Virus record (IMG/VR): IMGVR_UViG_3300045941_000175
DNA length: 48,968 nucleotides
DNA from: a virus
Strand: one strand, 5' to 3'
The notes under the pieces are model-generated. The model had not been told where the DNA came from, ran no database searches, and saw only the letters and a program-made list of their open reading frames with translations. Positions 13,046-21,644 of this stretch are shown piece by piece (the first letter of the stretch is position 1; the number at the start of each line of letters is the position of its first letter). Both the position numbers and the translations under genes were made by a program.

Positions 13046-13339
13046 CTAGCCATTAACGGGCCACCGCAGCGTTTCGTAAGCCTCCACTGCATCGGCCAAA
13101 CTGTTTACTTCTATTGCTTCCTGGGTGTCCGGCTGAGCGTCCGTGAGTTTATCAATCCTGGCGAGACACAGTTCGTTAAGCCGATCCGCCTTCTCAATCT
13201 GAGCCGCCGCATCCCATAGGTCTTCCTTGAGGCGGTCTGGTAAACCGAGAAGGCGCTGACCCTTCATCATGTCAGCCCACCCCCTAAGCCTTTCGAGCAA
13301 ATCCGTCGCCATTACTGTTATCCTCTCCGTTCTAGCCAT
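13046..13339 (-). CDS. Hypothetical coiled-coil protein (97 aa; an alternative start at 13312 has a better SD)
   Basis: GGAGAGG lies upstream of the internal ATG at 13312 (MATDLLERLRGW...). Confidence 0.55.
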   Translation of the reverse strand: MARTERITVMATDLLERLRGWADMMKGQRLLGLPDRLKEDLWDAAAQIEKADRLNELCLARIDKLTDAQPDTQEAIEVNSLADAVEAYETLRWPVNG

Positions 13340-13345
13340 AAACAG

Positions 13346-13783
13346 TCATGGCGAACCGAATGGGTCCGACATAACCCATAAATCATGCCACGTTACATTG
13401 AGACAGCCGGATATTGGAGTTTGCTGTTCGCCAAGCCACGGGGCGGCGTCGAATAGCTCGCGCAGATGTTTCCGCGCCACATGCTTCCGGCAGTCTGTGA
13501 GCGCAAATTTCTGCGGACATGGGACTGGCGGGTGATCGTCGGGATGGCAGGTGCAGGGCCATGTCTTTGGCTCCGCTGCCGCAGTTGCCTTATCCATTCC
13601 TGTTATCCTCTCCTTCCTTCGGAATCGGTTTTTCCTCATCGTGTTTTCGATATGGGCGTCTTTCAGGCATTTCCAACACGGCTCGCCGTAGTCCCAGCCG
13701 GAGCCGCCACATACAGGACAGTGCCCTTGGGTCAATTCGGGTGGCTTTGGGTCGGCTTGGGTCGATTTGGGTAAAACTCTCAT
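13346..13783 (-). CDS. Cys-rich zinc-finger protein (145 aa)
   Basis: ATGA overlap with the methyltransferase stop. CPVCGGSGWDYGEPCWKC, then CTCHPDDHPPVPCPQKFALTDC. Confidence 0.55.
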   Translation of the reverse strand: MRVLPKSTQADPKPPELTQGHCPVCGGSGWDYGEPCWKCLKDAHIENTMRKNRFRRKERITGMDKATAAAEPKTWPCTCHPDDHPPVPCPQKFALTDCRKHVARKHLRELFDAAPWLGEQQTPISGCLNVTWHDLWVMSDPFGSP

Positions 13784-14364
13784 ATGCCGTCCAATTGGTT
13801 GCCGAAACAAACCCATTCCTTCGACTTCGGTGTTGCCGGCCGGCGCCGAGCAAAGAGCTCGAGCCGCGGGCCGGCACAGAATTCCTCGATGCGCCGATGC
13901 GCTTCTATCGGCTTGCGCGAATGCTCCGAGACCGGCGCGACAATCAATTCGGCCACAGACTTGGACCTGCGCACAGGCGAGCCCCGCCTTCCGACCAGGC
14001 AAAACTCCGCATTGTGCCGGCTGTTATAGCCAAGCCCGTAGAACCATCCGAGATCGTTCTCGGTGCGCTTGGCCCAGGTGAACATGACCCCCGACGGCTT
14101 GAACCCCCAGGCCATCATCACGTCGACGTGAGCACCGATCGTAAGGAAGGGACCTGTTACCCATAGGAATAGGAAGGCGTCCCGCTTGCACAGATCGGCA
14201 ACGGGGAAGGCGCGAATGTCTTTCAGCGTTAGCGTCGGATAGTAGCGCTCGGCCGACCGGCCCAGGCCTTTGTCGGACCAGACCTTGAAGCGCCAGGGTG
14301 GATCCGCGAGCACACAGGCAAAATGGTCCCGCGGTAGTTTCTCAAAGACTCGCGTGGCTTGCAC
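13780..14364 (-). CDS. MT-A70 family N6-adenine DNA methyltransferase (about 194 aa; start uncertain, GTG at 14364 proposed)
   Basis: Catalytic DPPW motif in ACVLADPPWRF. Downstream ...FLFLWVT...MAWGFK...HSRKP... is typical of MT-A70 enzymes. The track start at 14478 would overlap the Cro-like gene by 137 nt. Confidence 0.8.
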   Translation of the reverse strand: MQATRVFEKLPRDHFACVLADPPWRFKVWSDKGLGRSAERYYPTLTLKDIRAFPVADLCKRDAFLFLWVTGPFLTIGAHVDVMMAWGFKPSGVMFTWAKRTENDLGWFYGLGYNSRHNAEFCLVGRRGSPVRRSKSVAELIVAPVSEHSRKPIEAHRRIEEFCAGPRLELFARRRPATPKSKEWVCFGNQLDGI

Positions 14365-14608
14365 TTGATCGTTTGCCTTTGCGCCGCTTTTTCGGACGGG
14401 TGAAAATATCAGGGCGCAAATCGGCGCGGTCGATGCCTGTGAATTCCTCGACCTCACCAAGGCGATTGATAGGGACAACCGGCCAATCCGAAATAGCCTG
14501 CCGTGTCACTCCGAGGTGACGGGCTAGTTTCGATTGCATGCCAAGGGTTTCCCGGATCTTGCTAAGGCCTGGACTAACGGCCTGCTTTTCGCGCTTTATG
14601 CGGGGCAT
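14342..14608 (-). CDS. Cro/YdaS-like HTH regulator (88 aa)
   Basis: ...SKLARHLGVTRQAISDWPVVPINRLGEVEEFTGIDRADLRPDIF... It is the first gene of the leftward operon, next to an operator-like palindrome. Confidence 0.7.
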   Translation of the reverse strand: MPRIKREKQAVSPGLSKIRETLGMQSKLARHLGVTRQAISDWPVVPINRLGEVEEFTGIDRADLRPDIFTRPKKRRKGKRSSASHASL

Positions 14609-14624
14609 GTTCTACACTTCCATT

Positions 14625-14642
14625 GTCAAGCGAACACTTGAC
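14625..14642. promoter_or_regulatory. Operator-like palindrome GTCAAG-cgaaca-CTTGAC in the divergent region
   Basis: Perfect 6-6-6 dyad between the Cro-like gene (ATG 14608) and the rightward recombination operon. The same dyad type occurs at 46249-46266. Confidence 0.5.
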
Positions 14643-14644
14643 TA

Positions 14645-14672
14645 TCAATAGACCATAGGGCATTTTTGTCAA
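14645..14672 (-). promoter_or_regulatory. Candidate leftward promoter for the Cro-like operon (TTGACA-N16-TATTGA)
   Basis: Minus-strand TTGACA (14672-14667) and TATTGA (14650-14645). The operator dyad lies just downstream, around the expected +1. Confidence 0.45.
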
Positions 14673-14692
14673 CCAGACCAAAGGGAAATGCA

Positions 14693-14899
14693 ATGCCGAA
14701 CCTCGACAAGGCTAGGGCCTGCATTCAATCAATCCTCAACTTGCCCTTTGTCAATAAGAACGTCCGTTACTACGCGGAGGTGGCGCTGTCCCACCTGCAA
14801 CCGGAGAAAGATTATGGCACTGAGCGAGAGACAGGAGATCGCCCGCAAGGGCAAGATGACAGGGAGCCGGATCGGAACGCTGGTAAGCGGGAGCTCTGA
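14693..14899 (+). CDS. Possible small protein (68 aa) overlapping the exonuclease start
   Basis: AAGGGA SD. MPNLDKARACIQSILNLPFVNKNVRYYAEVALSHLQPEKD looks protein-like, but the last 28 aa are read out of frame over gene 14814. Confidence 0.3.
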   Translation: MPNLDKARACIQSILNLPFVNKNVRYYAEVALSHLQPEKDYGTERETGDRPQGQDDREPDRNAGKREL

Positions 14900-15635
14900 G
14901 GATCTTTACAATCTATGGCTAGAGCTCACCGGCGATCCATCGTTTAAGCCGCCCGACTACAGCAACAATTTCGCCGTCCAACTCGGCAACGCCACCGAGA
15001 AATTCCACCTCGATTGGATTGAGCGGGCGCTCGGCACCATCGATTGCCGCGGCGATAGCCTGCAGCACCCCAAGGTGGAATGGGCGGCCGTCACGCTCGA
15101 CGGCTGGGCAAAACGCGACGGGGTCCCGGTCGAAGCCAAGCACACCGGCGGCTTTGAAAGCATGGATACCATTATCGATCGCTACATGCCGCAGATGCAA
15201 TGGACCATGTTTTGCGCCGGCGTGAAGGAGGTCGCCTTCTCGGTCATTCAGGGCGCCAAAGAGCCAAAGCCGCTTTTCATCGGCTACGACTCCGAATACG
15301 TCGACGACCTGGTAGACGAAGCCGAAGCGTTCATGAAATGCGTTCGCGAATTGCGCGAGCCGATTCCAAACCCCTTCATTAAACCACCCAAGCCGGTCTT
15401 CACTCGTATCGTTGACATGACCGGCAATAATGAATGGGGCTTTCACGCCAGCGCATGGTTAAGCAATCGCGTGGCGTTCCAGAAATACAACGAGTCCGCC
15501 AAAGCCATCAAAAACCTAATGCCATCCGATGCCAAAGAGGGCTGGGGTCACGGCATTATCGTGAAGCGCAGTAAGGCCGGAGCGCTCACAATCAAATTGG
15601 AGAACGACGATGACGAAGCAAAAGCCGAAGACTAA
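14814..15635 (+). CDS. YqaJ/lambda-exonuclease-like recombination exonuclease (273 aa)
   Basis: GGAGAAAG SD plus ATG at 14814. PD-(D/E)xK-type signature ...VTLDGW...VPVEAKH..., with YqaJ-like N-terminal ...GSRIGTLV... Confidence 0.8.
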   Translation: MALSERQEIARKGKMTGSRIGTLVSGSSEDLYNLWLELTGDPSFKPPDYSNNFAVQLGNATEKFHLDWIERALGTIDCRGDSLQHPKVEWAAVTLDGWAKRDGVPVEAKHTGGFESMDTIIDRYMPQMQWTMFCAGVKEVAFSVIQGAKEPKPLFIGYDSEYVDDLVDEAEAFMKCVRELREPIPNPFIKPPKPVFTRIVDMTGNNEWGFHASAWLSNRVAFQKYNESAKAIKNLMPSDAKEGWGHGIIVKRSKAGALTIKLENDDDEAKAED

Positions 15636-16503
15636 AGCCCTGGTCAAAGCCGAGCCCCGGCCGCCGGCGCTGTCTCCCACCCTGGCGCTGATCGAGCGGG
15701 CCGCCCGCGATAAGAAAATTGACATCGCCAAGATGCGCGAGCTCCTGGCAATGCAAAGCGAGGAGGAGAAGCGGATCGCGGCTCGCATTTTCGAAGCGCA
15801 GATGAATGAGGTGCAGACGAAGATCGAGCCGGTGCGCAAGGATGCCGATAACCCGCACACTAAATCCAGGTTTGCGACATATCACGCGCTCGATGCCGCC
15901 ATCCGGCCGATCTATGTCGAGCATGGATTCTCGGTCTCATTCGACACCGAGGAAACCGACAAGCCCGACACCGTTGTCGTGCTCTGCTACGTCGGGCACC
16001 GGGCCGGACACAATCGCGTCTATCGGATTGCCATGCCGGCGGAGGGCAAAGGCGCCAAGGGTGGCGACGTGATGAGCAAGACCCACGCCACCGGTTCGGC
16101 CGTCACCTACGGTCGACGTTATCTGTTGTCGATGATTTTCAATATCGCCACCCTGCAGGACGACGATGGCAATGCCGCCGGCCGCTATCGGCCAGCCGAG
16201 CGGCGCCAGGAAACCAGGCCGGCCGGCAATGGCGGCGAGCAACCAGCACCGCCGCCACAGGAGCAAGCCAAGCCGGCCGAGAAGCAAGCCCCGCATGCGA
16301 TCGAGCGGCCAGCCGGTATCAGTGCCGCGGCCTGGGGCGGCAAGGTGATTGAGCAAGTGTTGTTATGCGAGACCGTGCCGGAGGTGGACGCCTGGACAAA
16401 AGCGAATGACCAATCGCTGGCGGATCTCGAGAAGGCGGCGCCGGCAATTTACGAGAAGGTCAAGAGGACGATCGACGATCGCATCAAATGGATTACGAAA
16501 TGA
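15610..16503 (+). CDS. erf: ERF-family single-strand annealing protein (297 aa)
   Basis: ...SRFATYHALDAAIRPIYVEHGFSVSF...HRAGH...GSAVTYGRRYLLSMIFNIATLQDDDGNA matches the ERF pattern as I recall it. It is paired with the exonuclease. Confidence 0.75.
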   Translation: MTKQKPKTKALVKAEPRPPALSPTLALIERAARDKKIDIAKMRELLAMQSEEEKRIAARIFEAQMNEVQTKIEPVRKDADNPHTKSRFATYHALDAAIRPIYVEHGFSVSFDTEETDKPDTVVVLCYVGHRAGHNRVYRIAMPAEGKGAKGGDVMSKTHATGSAVTYGRRYLLSMIFNIATLQDDDGNAAGRYRPAERRQETRPAGNGGEQPAPPPQEQAKPAEKQAPHAIERPAGISAAAWGGKVIEQVLLCETVPEVDAWTKANDQSLADLEKAAPAIYEKVKRTIDDRIKWITK

Positions 16504-16934
16504 AGCAACGCGGATTATTCCGCGCTGCCAACTCGGCGCCGCCATGCCTTGTACCGATCGACAAGCGGGCACAGGAGATCATGGCGGAGCTCGGGGCCGA
16601 CAAGAAGGCGTTGGTCTCGGTGCACACGCCACGCTACCCCGAGCATCACGGCTTTGTGTTCATGGTGCTGGGGAAGATCGCGAAGGCAACAGACCATGAT
16701 GTGCGCAGCGTCTTGCTTTCGCTTCTCTACGAGACCGGCCGCTTCGACTACGTGCGCTTGCTCGACAATACCGTCGTGCCGGATCCGCAATCGCTATCGC
16801 CGGAGAGCATGACCCAGCCAGAATTTCAAAAGTTTTGGGATGAGGCGAGGGGAATCATCCGCACCAAATGGCAGAGGTTCATGAGCCCGCAAGACTTTGC
16901 AGAGATCGACAAACTAATCGGAGAAAGACAATGA
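16500..16934 (+). CDS. Hypothetical protein (144 aa), possibly DUF1367-like
   Basis: The ATG at 16500 forms an ATGA overlap with the ERF stop. The track start at 16488 is in the same frame. The family call is a weak recollection. Confidence 0.55.
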   Translation: MKQRGLFRAANSAPPCLVPIDKRAQEIMAELGADKKALVSVHTPRYPEHHGFVFMVLGKIAKATDHDVRSVLLSLLYETGRFDYVRLLDNTVVPDPQSLSPESMTQPEFQKFWDEARGIIRTKWQRFMSPQDFAEIDKLIGERQ

Positions 16935-17164
16935 CCAGGTTCAGATTGGTTCCAAAGGAAAGAGCCACCGAGGTAAGCCAAGGTCTCGAACAGACCTTTA
17001 CGGACCTGCTTAAGGCCCGCACCGAATTGGAGGCCGCAGTCACACTGGCGAATGCCGCCCTCAAAAGGGTGGATGCGTCAATCACAACGATTGAAGCACT
17101 GTGCGGCAATTTCGATCCGCGTAAGCCGTACGCAAACCCCGACTACAGGGGAACCGGCAAATGA
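16931..17164 (+). CDS. Hypothetical protein (77 aa)
   Basis: ATGA overlap. MTRFRLVPKERATEVSQGLEQTF... Trimmed from track ORF 16868..17164. Confidence 0.5.
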   Translation: MTRFRLVPKERATEVSQGLEQTFTDLLKARTELEAAVTLANAALKRVDASITTIEALCGNFDPRKPYANPDYRGTGK

Positions 17165-17361
17165 CATCACCATTCGCCAAGCTTGCTGCCGAAGCTGCCT
17201 TCGGGCCTGACGCCGGCGAACGCCTGGAACGTGGCGCCTGCCCCATGTGCGGGAACCCGGACCCGAAGGCGACGATCGAGGATTTAATGAGCGAACGCGA
17301 ATTCAAATTGAGCGGCCTGTGCCAGGACTGTCAGGACAAATGTTTCGGAGACCAGAAATGA
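17161..17361 (+). CDS. Zinc-ribbon protein (66 aa)
   Basis: CPMCGN...CQDCQDKC. ATGA overlaps on both sides. Confidence 0.55.
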   Translation: MTSPFAKLAAEAAFGPDAGERLERGACPMCGNPDPKATIEDLMSEREFKLSGLCQDCQDKCFGDQK

Positions 17362-17624
17362 GGCGCATTCCCTTTGACTTCTACGACGACGGAACCACGA
17401 TCGTTAATGGTCAGTCGTTGCCTTGGCGCTACCGCCATAGAGTCGGGCTCATTCTGTACGAGAGCACCGAAACGTGGGGCGCCGATATGCTTGGCAAGGA
17501 TGCCCGCCATTCCCTGCACGACATCAAGCGGATCCTAAGACACAAATTTCAGATGGGAGCGATCGCGGAGTCGCGGCGCAAATATGTCGAAACCATTGGC
17601 ACCGGGGAGAAGATAAGTGCGTGA
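17358..17624 (+). CDS. Hypothetical protein (88 aa)
   Basis: ATGA overlap. MRRIPFDFYDDGTTIVNGQSLPWRY... Confidence 0.5.
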   Translation: MRRIPFDFYDDGTTIVNGQSLPWRYRHRVGLILYESTETWGADMLGKDARHSLHDIKRILRHKFQMGAIAESRRKYVETIGTGEKISA

Positions 17625-18000
17625 TCGACCGACTGACAAAGTCGAGCGCGGCCGCTTCCTCGGTGGCCGGCTGGGGTCGCCGGCCGGCATGCGTTACGGC
17701 GCCTTCAAGGTCAACGGCCCATGCGACCGAGAGCTTGTCATCATTGCGGACGATGGCAACGAAACCGCATGGGAGCATGTATCGGTCTCGGTCGACGCCA
17801 AGCATCCACCGAACTGGCAGGAAATGTCCTGGGTCAAAGACCAATTCTGGCGCGACGACGAGACCGTGCTGCAATTCCACCCGCGCAAATCTGAATATGT
17901 GAATTGTCATCCAAGCTGTTTGCACCTCTGGCGCAACATCGGACTAGATCACCCGTTGCCGCCCTCAATTTTGGTCGGGCCGAAGCTTGGGCCGCAATGA
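17617..18000 (+). CDS. Conserved-looking phage protein (127 aa), function unknown
   Basis: GTG start after GGGGAGAAG. ...WEHVSVSVDAKHPPNWQEMSWVKDQFW...LQFHPRKSEYVNCHPSCLHLW is a motif I recall from many prophages. Confidence 0.6.
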   Translation: MRDRPTDKVERGRFLGGRLGSPAGMRYGAFKVNGPCDRELVIIADDGNETAWEHVSVSVDAKHPPNWQEMSWVKDQFWRDDETVLQFHPRKSEYVNCHPSCLHLWRNIGLDHPLPPSILVGPKLGPQ

Positions 18001-18189
18001 CTTCTACGATCGTAGAAAGAAAACTGACTCGGTTTGAGTCAATGTTTATCGTGTCAAGAAAAATTATTTTTGCCTGTCAAGCGCAGGCATGACGCACACT
18101 TTTGCAACGCCGACTCCAATGGAATCGAAAAATCCGGAATCGCGATTTGCTATGGTGGCTCCGTTGACTGCAACAAACGGAGAAAGATC

Positions 18190-18621
18190 ATGAAGACGAG
18201 AGACGAGAAGCTTGCCGACATCGACGCCAGCATCAAGCGTTGGCTGTCACGGATCCGGCGGGCAACCAACGCAATCCACAAACTGGAACAGCGTAGGGTG
18301 CGTTTGCTTAAGCCGCGTGACCCCATGCGCGTCGGCAAAATGTCGCCGGCCATGGCGAAGGCATTGGAGATTGCCGACCAGCATGTCGCGGACAACCCGC
18401 CGGTCTATGTCGAGCCGGTCGTCACACGCAAGCAGGTCGAGGAGGATCCGCTCAAGATCCCGGATGAGTTCAGGCGTGACCCGAATGCCGATGCGCTCAA
18501 GAAAATGAACGAGCGCATTGAGAAGCGGGCCGGTCAGCGCAGGAAGGAAAAGCCGGTTAAATCTCCCTTGCTTGCCAAGGCAATTGCTGACAACAATCGT
18601 CGCAATTCCCCGAAGACATAG
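18190..18621 (+). CDS. Hypothetical basic coiled-coil protein (143 aa)
   Basis: GGAGAAAG SD plus ATG at 18190, after a 190-bp AT-richer gap. Trimmed from track ORF 18034..18621. Confidence 0.55.
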   Translation: MKTRDEKLADIDASIKRWLSRIRRATNAIHKLEQRRVRLLKPRDPMRVGKMSPAMAKALEIADQHVADNPPVYVEPVVTRKQVEEDPLKIPDEFRRDPNADALKKMNERIEKRAGQRRKEKPVKSPLLAKAIADNNRRNSPKT

Positions 18622-18640
18622 CTTGTGATGAACCCCACCC

Positions 18641-18671
18641 CCCCCCGCACTGCCCGGTGCGGGGGGTTTTT
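18641..18671 (+). terminator. Rho-independent terminator
   Basis: ccccccgcac / gtgcgggggg 10-bp stem, 6-nt loop, then TTTTT. Confidence 0.8.
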
Positions 18672-18686
18672 GCTATAAGGCGACTC

Positions 18687-18989
18687 ATGAAATACACGAC
18701 CGAGAAAGAGATCTCTCGCTACCCATCGGCCAGGGCAACCGGCCGAACCATGACCGTTGATGGCGTTCTCTTTCAGGACTACCGGCTTTTGAACCGCAAC
18801 CTTTGGCGGACCCCCGACCAATTCAGCATTGAGGTCGGCCGGCATGGCGCCGAAAACACCAATTATTACGTCAAGATCCACAATCTGATTCTTGAAGTCA
18901 GCTATCCCAAAGCGCGAAGCGCGGCCCAGGCCGGCATCAAGACGCTCGCTAAATACATTGGCCCACGCGCTACGGCATTCGGCATTTGA
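18687..18989 (+). CDS. Hypothetical protein directly upstream of, and ATGA-coupled to, TerL (100 aa); alternative small-terminase candidate by position only
   Basis: MKYTTEKEISRYPSARATGRTMTVDGVLFQDYRLL... No motif recognised. The stop overlaps the TerL ATG. Confidence 0.5.
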   Translation: MKYTTEKEISRYPSARATGRTMTVDGVLFQDYRLLNRNLWRTPDQFSIEVGRHGAENTNYYVKIHNLILEVSYPKARSAAQAGIKTLAKYIGPRATAFGI

Positions 18990-20572
18990 TGCAGCCCAGC
19001 CAATCAGATCCGCTCGAGCCCTATCGCGCCATGCTGGCGACGATGGACCCGAAGGCGAAAGCCGAACTAGACCGCATCATCAAAAAGGAAATGTCGGCGC
19101 TATGGTCCCCGGATCCGCGCAACATTCCGCAGATGGTCGCCTACGAAAGCCGGGCCGACCTGTTGCTCTACGGCGGCGCCGCCGGCGGCGGTAAGACCGA
19201 CCTGTTATGCGGCACTGCACTCACCCGGCACCAACGCTCGGTGATCTTTCGCGCCCAATACAAGGATCTCCGCGCCGTCGAGGAGCGCGTCCTGCAGCTT
19301 GCCAATAAAGGCGGCCGCGAGGGCTACAACGGCCAGGACATGGTCCTCAAGAAGGACGGCATGGTGATCGAATTCGGCGCGATCGGCGGCGCCGGCCAGG
19401 AAATGGATTGGCAGGGCCGGCCGCACGACTTCTACGGCTTCGACGAGGGCGCCCAGCTATCCGCGCAAAAGGTGAATTTCGTCACCGCCTGGAAACGCAC
19501 CACGATAAAGGGCCAGCGCACACGAATCATCATCGCCAGTAACCCGCCAATAGGGGGAGAGGGTGAATGGCTGATCGAATGGTTCGCTCCCTGGCTGGAC
19601 CCGATGTATTCCAACCCGGCACAGCCGGGAGAGCTCCGGTGGGCATTTGTGGGGCCGGACGGTCATACCGTTTGGTGTGAGAACGGTGACGTCGTGATGG
19701 TCGGCACCGAAGAATACACGCCGATGACGCGGACCTTCATCCCCGCGCACCTCGAGGATAACCCCTACCTCGATCCCAGCTATAAGGCGCAAATCCAATC
19801 TCTGCCCGAGCCGCTGCGCTCCAAGCTATGGAAGGGCGACTTCCTCGCCGGTCGCGAAGACCACGCCTGGCAGGTGATCCCCACCGAATGGGTGCGCCAG
19901 GCGCAAGCCCGCTGGAAACCAGGCGCCCCGGAAGGCCTGCGCATGCTGTGCATGGGTGTTGATATTAGCGGGGGCGGTTCGAACGATCCGCATTGTATTG
20001 CAAAGCTTTACGGCAATTGGTTCGACCGATTGACCGTGTTGAATGGCGTCGACGCCAAGAACGGCCAGCAGCTTGCCGGCCAAATCATTGCCCACCAGCA
20101 GGATAGCGCCCTGATCGTGCTAGACATGACCGGCGGCTGGGGAGGGTCGGCTCGCGATCACCTCGCCAGTAACCGCATCCAGGTCGAATCCTGCATTTTC
20201 AACGCCAAGTCGGCCGAGCGAACCAAGGACGACAAATTCCGCTTCTCCAATCAGCGGGCGGAAATGCTTTGGCGGTTTCGGGAAGCGCTCGACCCAGCGA
20301 GCGGCGACAATGTCGCCTTGCCGCCGGACGAGCGGCTGACCGCGGAACTGACAGCGGCCCGATGGCGTCCGAAGATGGACACCATCCAGGTCGAAGACAA
20401 AGACGAGATCCGGCATCGGCTCGGCGGCTCACCCGATCGCGCCGACGCTGTGATGATGGCCTGGCATTATCGGCGCCGCGCCATGCGCGCCGGCCTGTTT
20501 GCCGATGCGGAGGTCAGGGAAGCCGTCGAGATCGACGATCCCTTTAAGCTTTTGACCGAGTTAGAGAATTAA
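18986..20572 (+). CDS. terL: Terminase large subunit (528 aa)
   Basis: Walker A LLLYGGAAGGGKTD, Walker B-like HDFYGFDEGAQ, ...IIIASNPP..., and a C-terminal nuclease region with conserved acidic residues. Confidence 0.9.
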   Translation: MMQPSQSDPLEPYRAMLATMDPKAKAELDRIIKKEMSALWSPDPRNIPQMVAYESRADLLLYGGAAGGGKTDLLCGTALTRHQRSVIFRAQYKDLRAVEERVLQLANKGGREGYNGQDMVLKKDGMVIEFGAIGGAGQEMDWQGRPHDFYGFDEGAQLSAQKVNFVTAWKRTTIKGQRTRIIIASNPPIGGEGEWLIEWFAPWLDPMYSNPAQPGELRWAFVGPDGHTVWCENGDVVMVGTEEYTPMTRTFIPAHLEDNPYLDPSYKAQIQSLPEPLRSKLWKGDFLAGREDHAWQVIPTEWVRQAQARWKPGAPEGLRMLCMGVDISGGGSNDPHCIAKLYGNWFDRLTVLNGVDAKNGQQLAGQIIAHQQDSALIVLDMTGGWGGSARDHLASNRIQVESCIFNAKSAERTKDDKFRFSNQRAEMLWRFREALDPASGDNVALPPDERLTAELTAARWRPKMDTIQVEDKDEIRHRLGGSPDRADAVMMAWHYRRRAMRAGLFADAEVREAVEIDDPFKLLTELEN

Positions 20573-20679
20573 CAGGTCTTTTGCGCCTTGCTCGGCGCTG
20601 GCAGATTGACCGGCGTGGTCATATCCGCGGCCTCCTCAAGGTCCTGATCCGTCGGCAGATCTTGTTCGAACGGGGTCAT
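20569..20679 (-). CDS. Possible small acidic peptide (36 aa) at the end of the leftward late operon
   Basis: ATGA overlap with the DPBB gene stop. MTPFEQDLPTDQDLEEAADMTTPVNLPAPSKAQKTC. Its stop overlaps the convergent TerL stop. Confidence 0.3.
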   Translation of the reverse strand: MTPFEQDLPTDQDLEEAADMTTPVNLPAPSKAQKTC

Positions 20680-21095
20680 ACGATGATCTCCTCTTGTTGA
20701 AACCGGAAGGGAAAGGCGACTTCGATAATGTCGTCTGTTGCTACGCCGAGCGCCTGCATCAAGGCAGGGCTTATGTCGGCAACGCGACCGGTGTCTTCAT
20801 GAGGTCCCCAATCGGCGGGGAAAGCAAGTAGGACTCTCCCGGTCTCGGGAGAGCGGACGAGCGCGAAATTCGACAAAAGCATAGCCGGCGGAGTTTCGTC
20901 GTAATCCCAGCGACATGCGATATACGGCATGTCAGGGTTCAATCGCCGCGCCAGGCCCGTTGTCCCCTCCGGTTGCTCATCGAGAAACAGGTACGGCGCC
21001 TCATCGTAGTCGTAGATAAAGGCCAGCCCTTCGTCGGGCGCTACGCCTTCATCGTCCGGACCGCCGAACCAACTAACCCGCCCCTCGACGTGCAT
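20676..21095 (-). CDS. RlpA/DPBB (double-psi beta-barrel)-like protein, endolysin candidate (139 aa)
   Basis: GRVSWFGGPDDEGVAPDEGLA... and ...ADWGPHEDTGRVADISPALMQALG echo the RlpA-type ASWYG...DRGP...DLS...LG layout. Confidence 0.45.
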   Translation of the reverse strand: MHVEGRVSWFGGPDDEGVAPDEGLAFIYDYDEAPYLFLDEQPEGTTGLARRLNPDMPYIACRWDYDETPPAMLLSNFALVRSPETGRVLLAFPADWGPHEDTGRVADISPALMQALGVATDDIIEVAFPFRFQQEEIIV

Positions 21096-21096
21096 G

Positions 21097-21414
21097 TCAC
21101 CTCGGTTGCGGCCTTGTCGCGCACCGTTCCCAAATCGCCGGTATCAGGAAATTGCCTGTTTTCGGCCCGTTGACCAGGTCAAAGCCTGGATCGCCCTTGC
21201 CGGTGCTGACTGCAATGCGCGGATCGCAGGACGTTCGCCGTATCAGGTCGAAGGCGACGGCTGCCGGCGGCACGGCGATCAACGGGATGGTCGCCGGCTG
21301 TTGTGCCGGCGCCGGCGGCGAGGGCTTGTAGATCCGCACATGCTTACGCTTGGCCGCGTCAGCCACCGAACAGGCGAGCACGACGATCGCGCCGGCAATC
21401 AGTAATCGCTTCAT
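21097..21414 (-). CDS. Pro-rich lipoprotein, o-spanin-like candidate (105 aa)
   Basis: MKRLLIAGAIVVLAC has a lipobox-like VLAC, followed by PSPPAPAQQPATIP. Confidence 0.5.
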   Translation of the reverse strand: MKRLLIAGAIVVLACSVADAAKRKHVRIYKPSPPAPAQQPATIPLIAVPPAAVAFDLIRRTSCDPRIAVSTGKGDPGFDLVNGPKTGNFLIPAIWERCATRPQPR

Positions 21415-21644
21415 TTTTTCCCCCTGTTATTGGAGCTCTCGATCTTTTCTCGCACCTGGTCGGCACTTTCCTTCACGCACAATGTCGTCTGCAGCACCCG
21501 GATCACAGCCTTGGCCGTCGGACCGCACTCATTGGCGCGTATTTTAATGACCTGCACTTGAGTCGATTCGACCCACACCGGACTGCCATCCAGTTGGGTC
21601 AGCATAATCAACGCGAACGCGATCGCCTCATGAGTCGGGCGCAT
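21411..21644 (-). CDS. Hypothetical protein (77 aa)
   Basis: 4-nt overlap with the downstream lipoprotein gene. Confidence 0.5.
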   Translation of the reverse strand: MRPTHEAIAFALIMLTQLDGSPVWVESTQVQVIKIRANECGPTAKAVIRVLQTTLCVKESADQVREKIESSNNRGKK

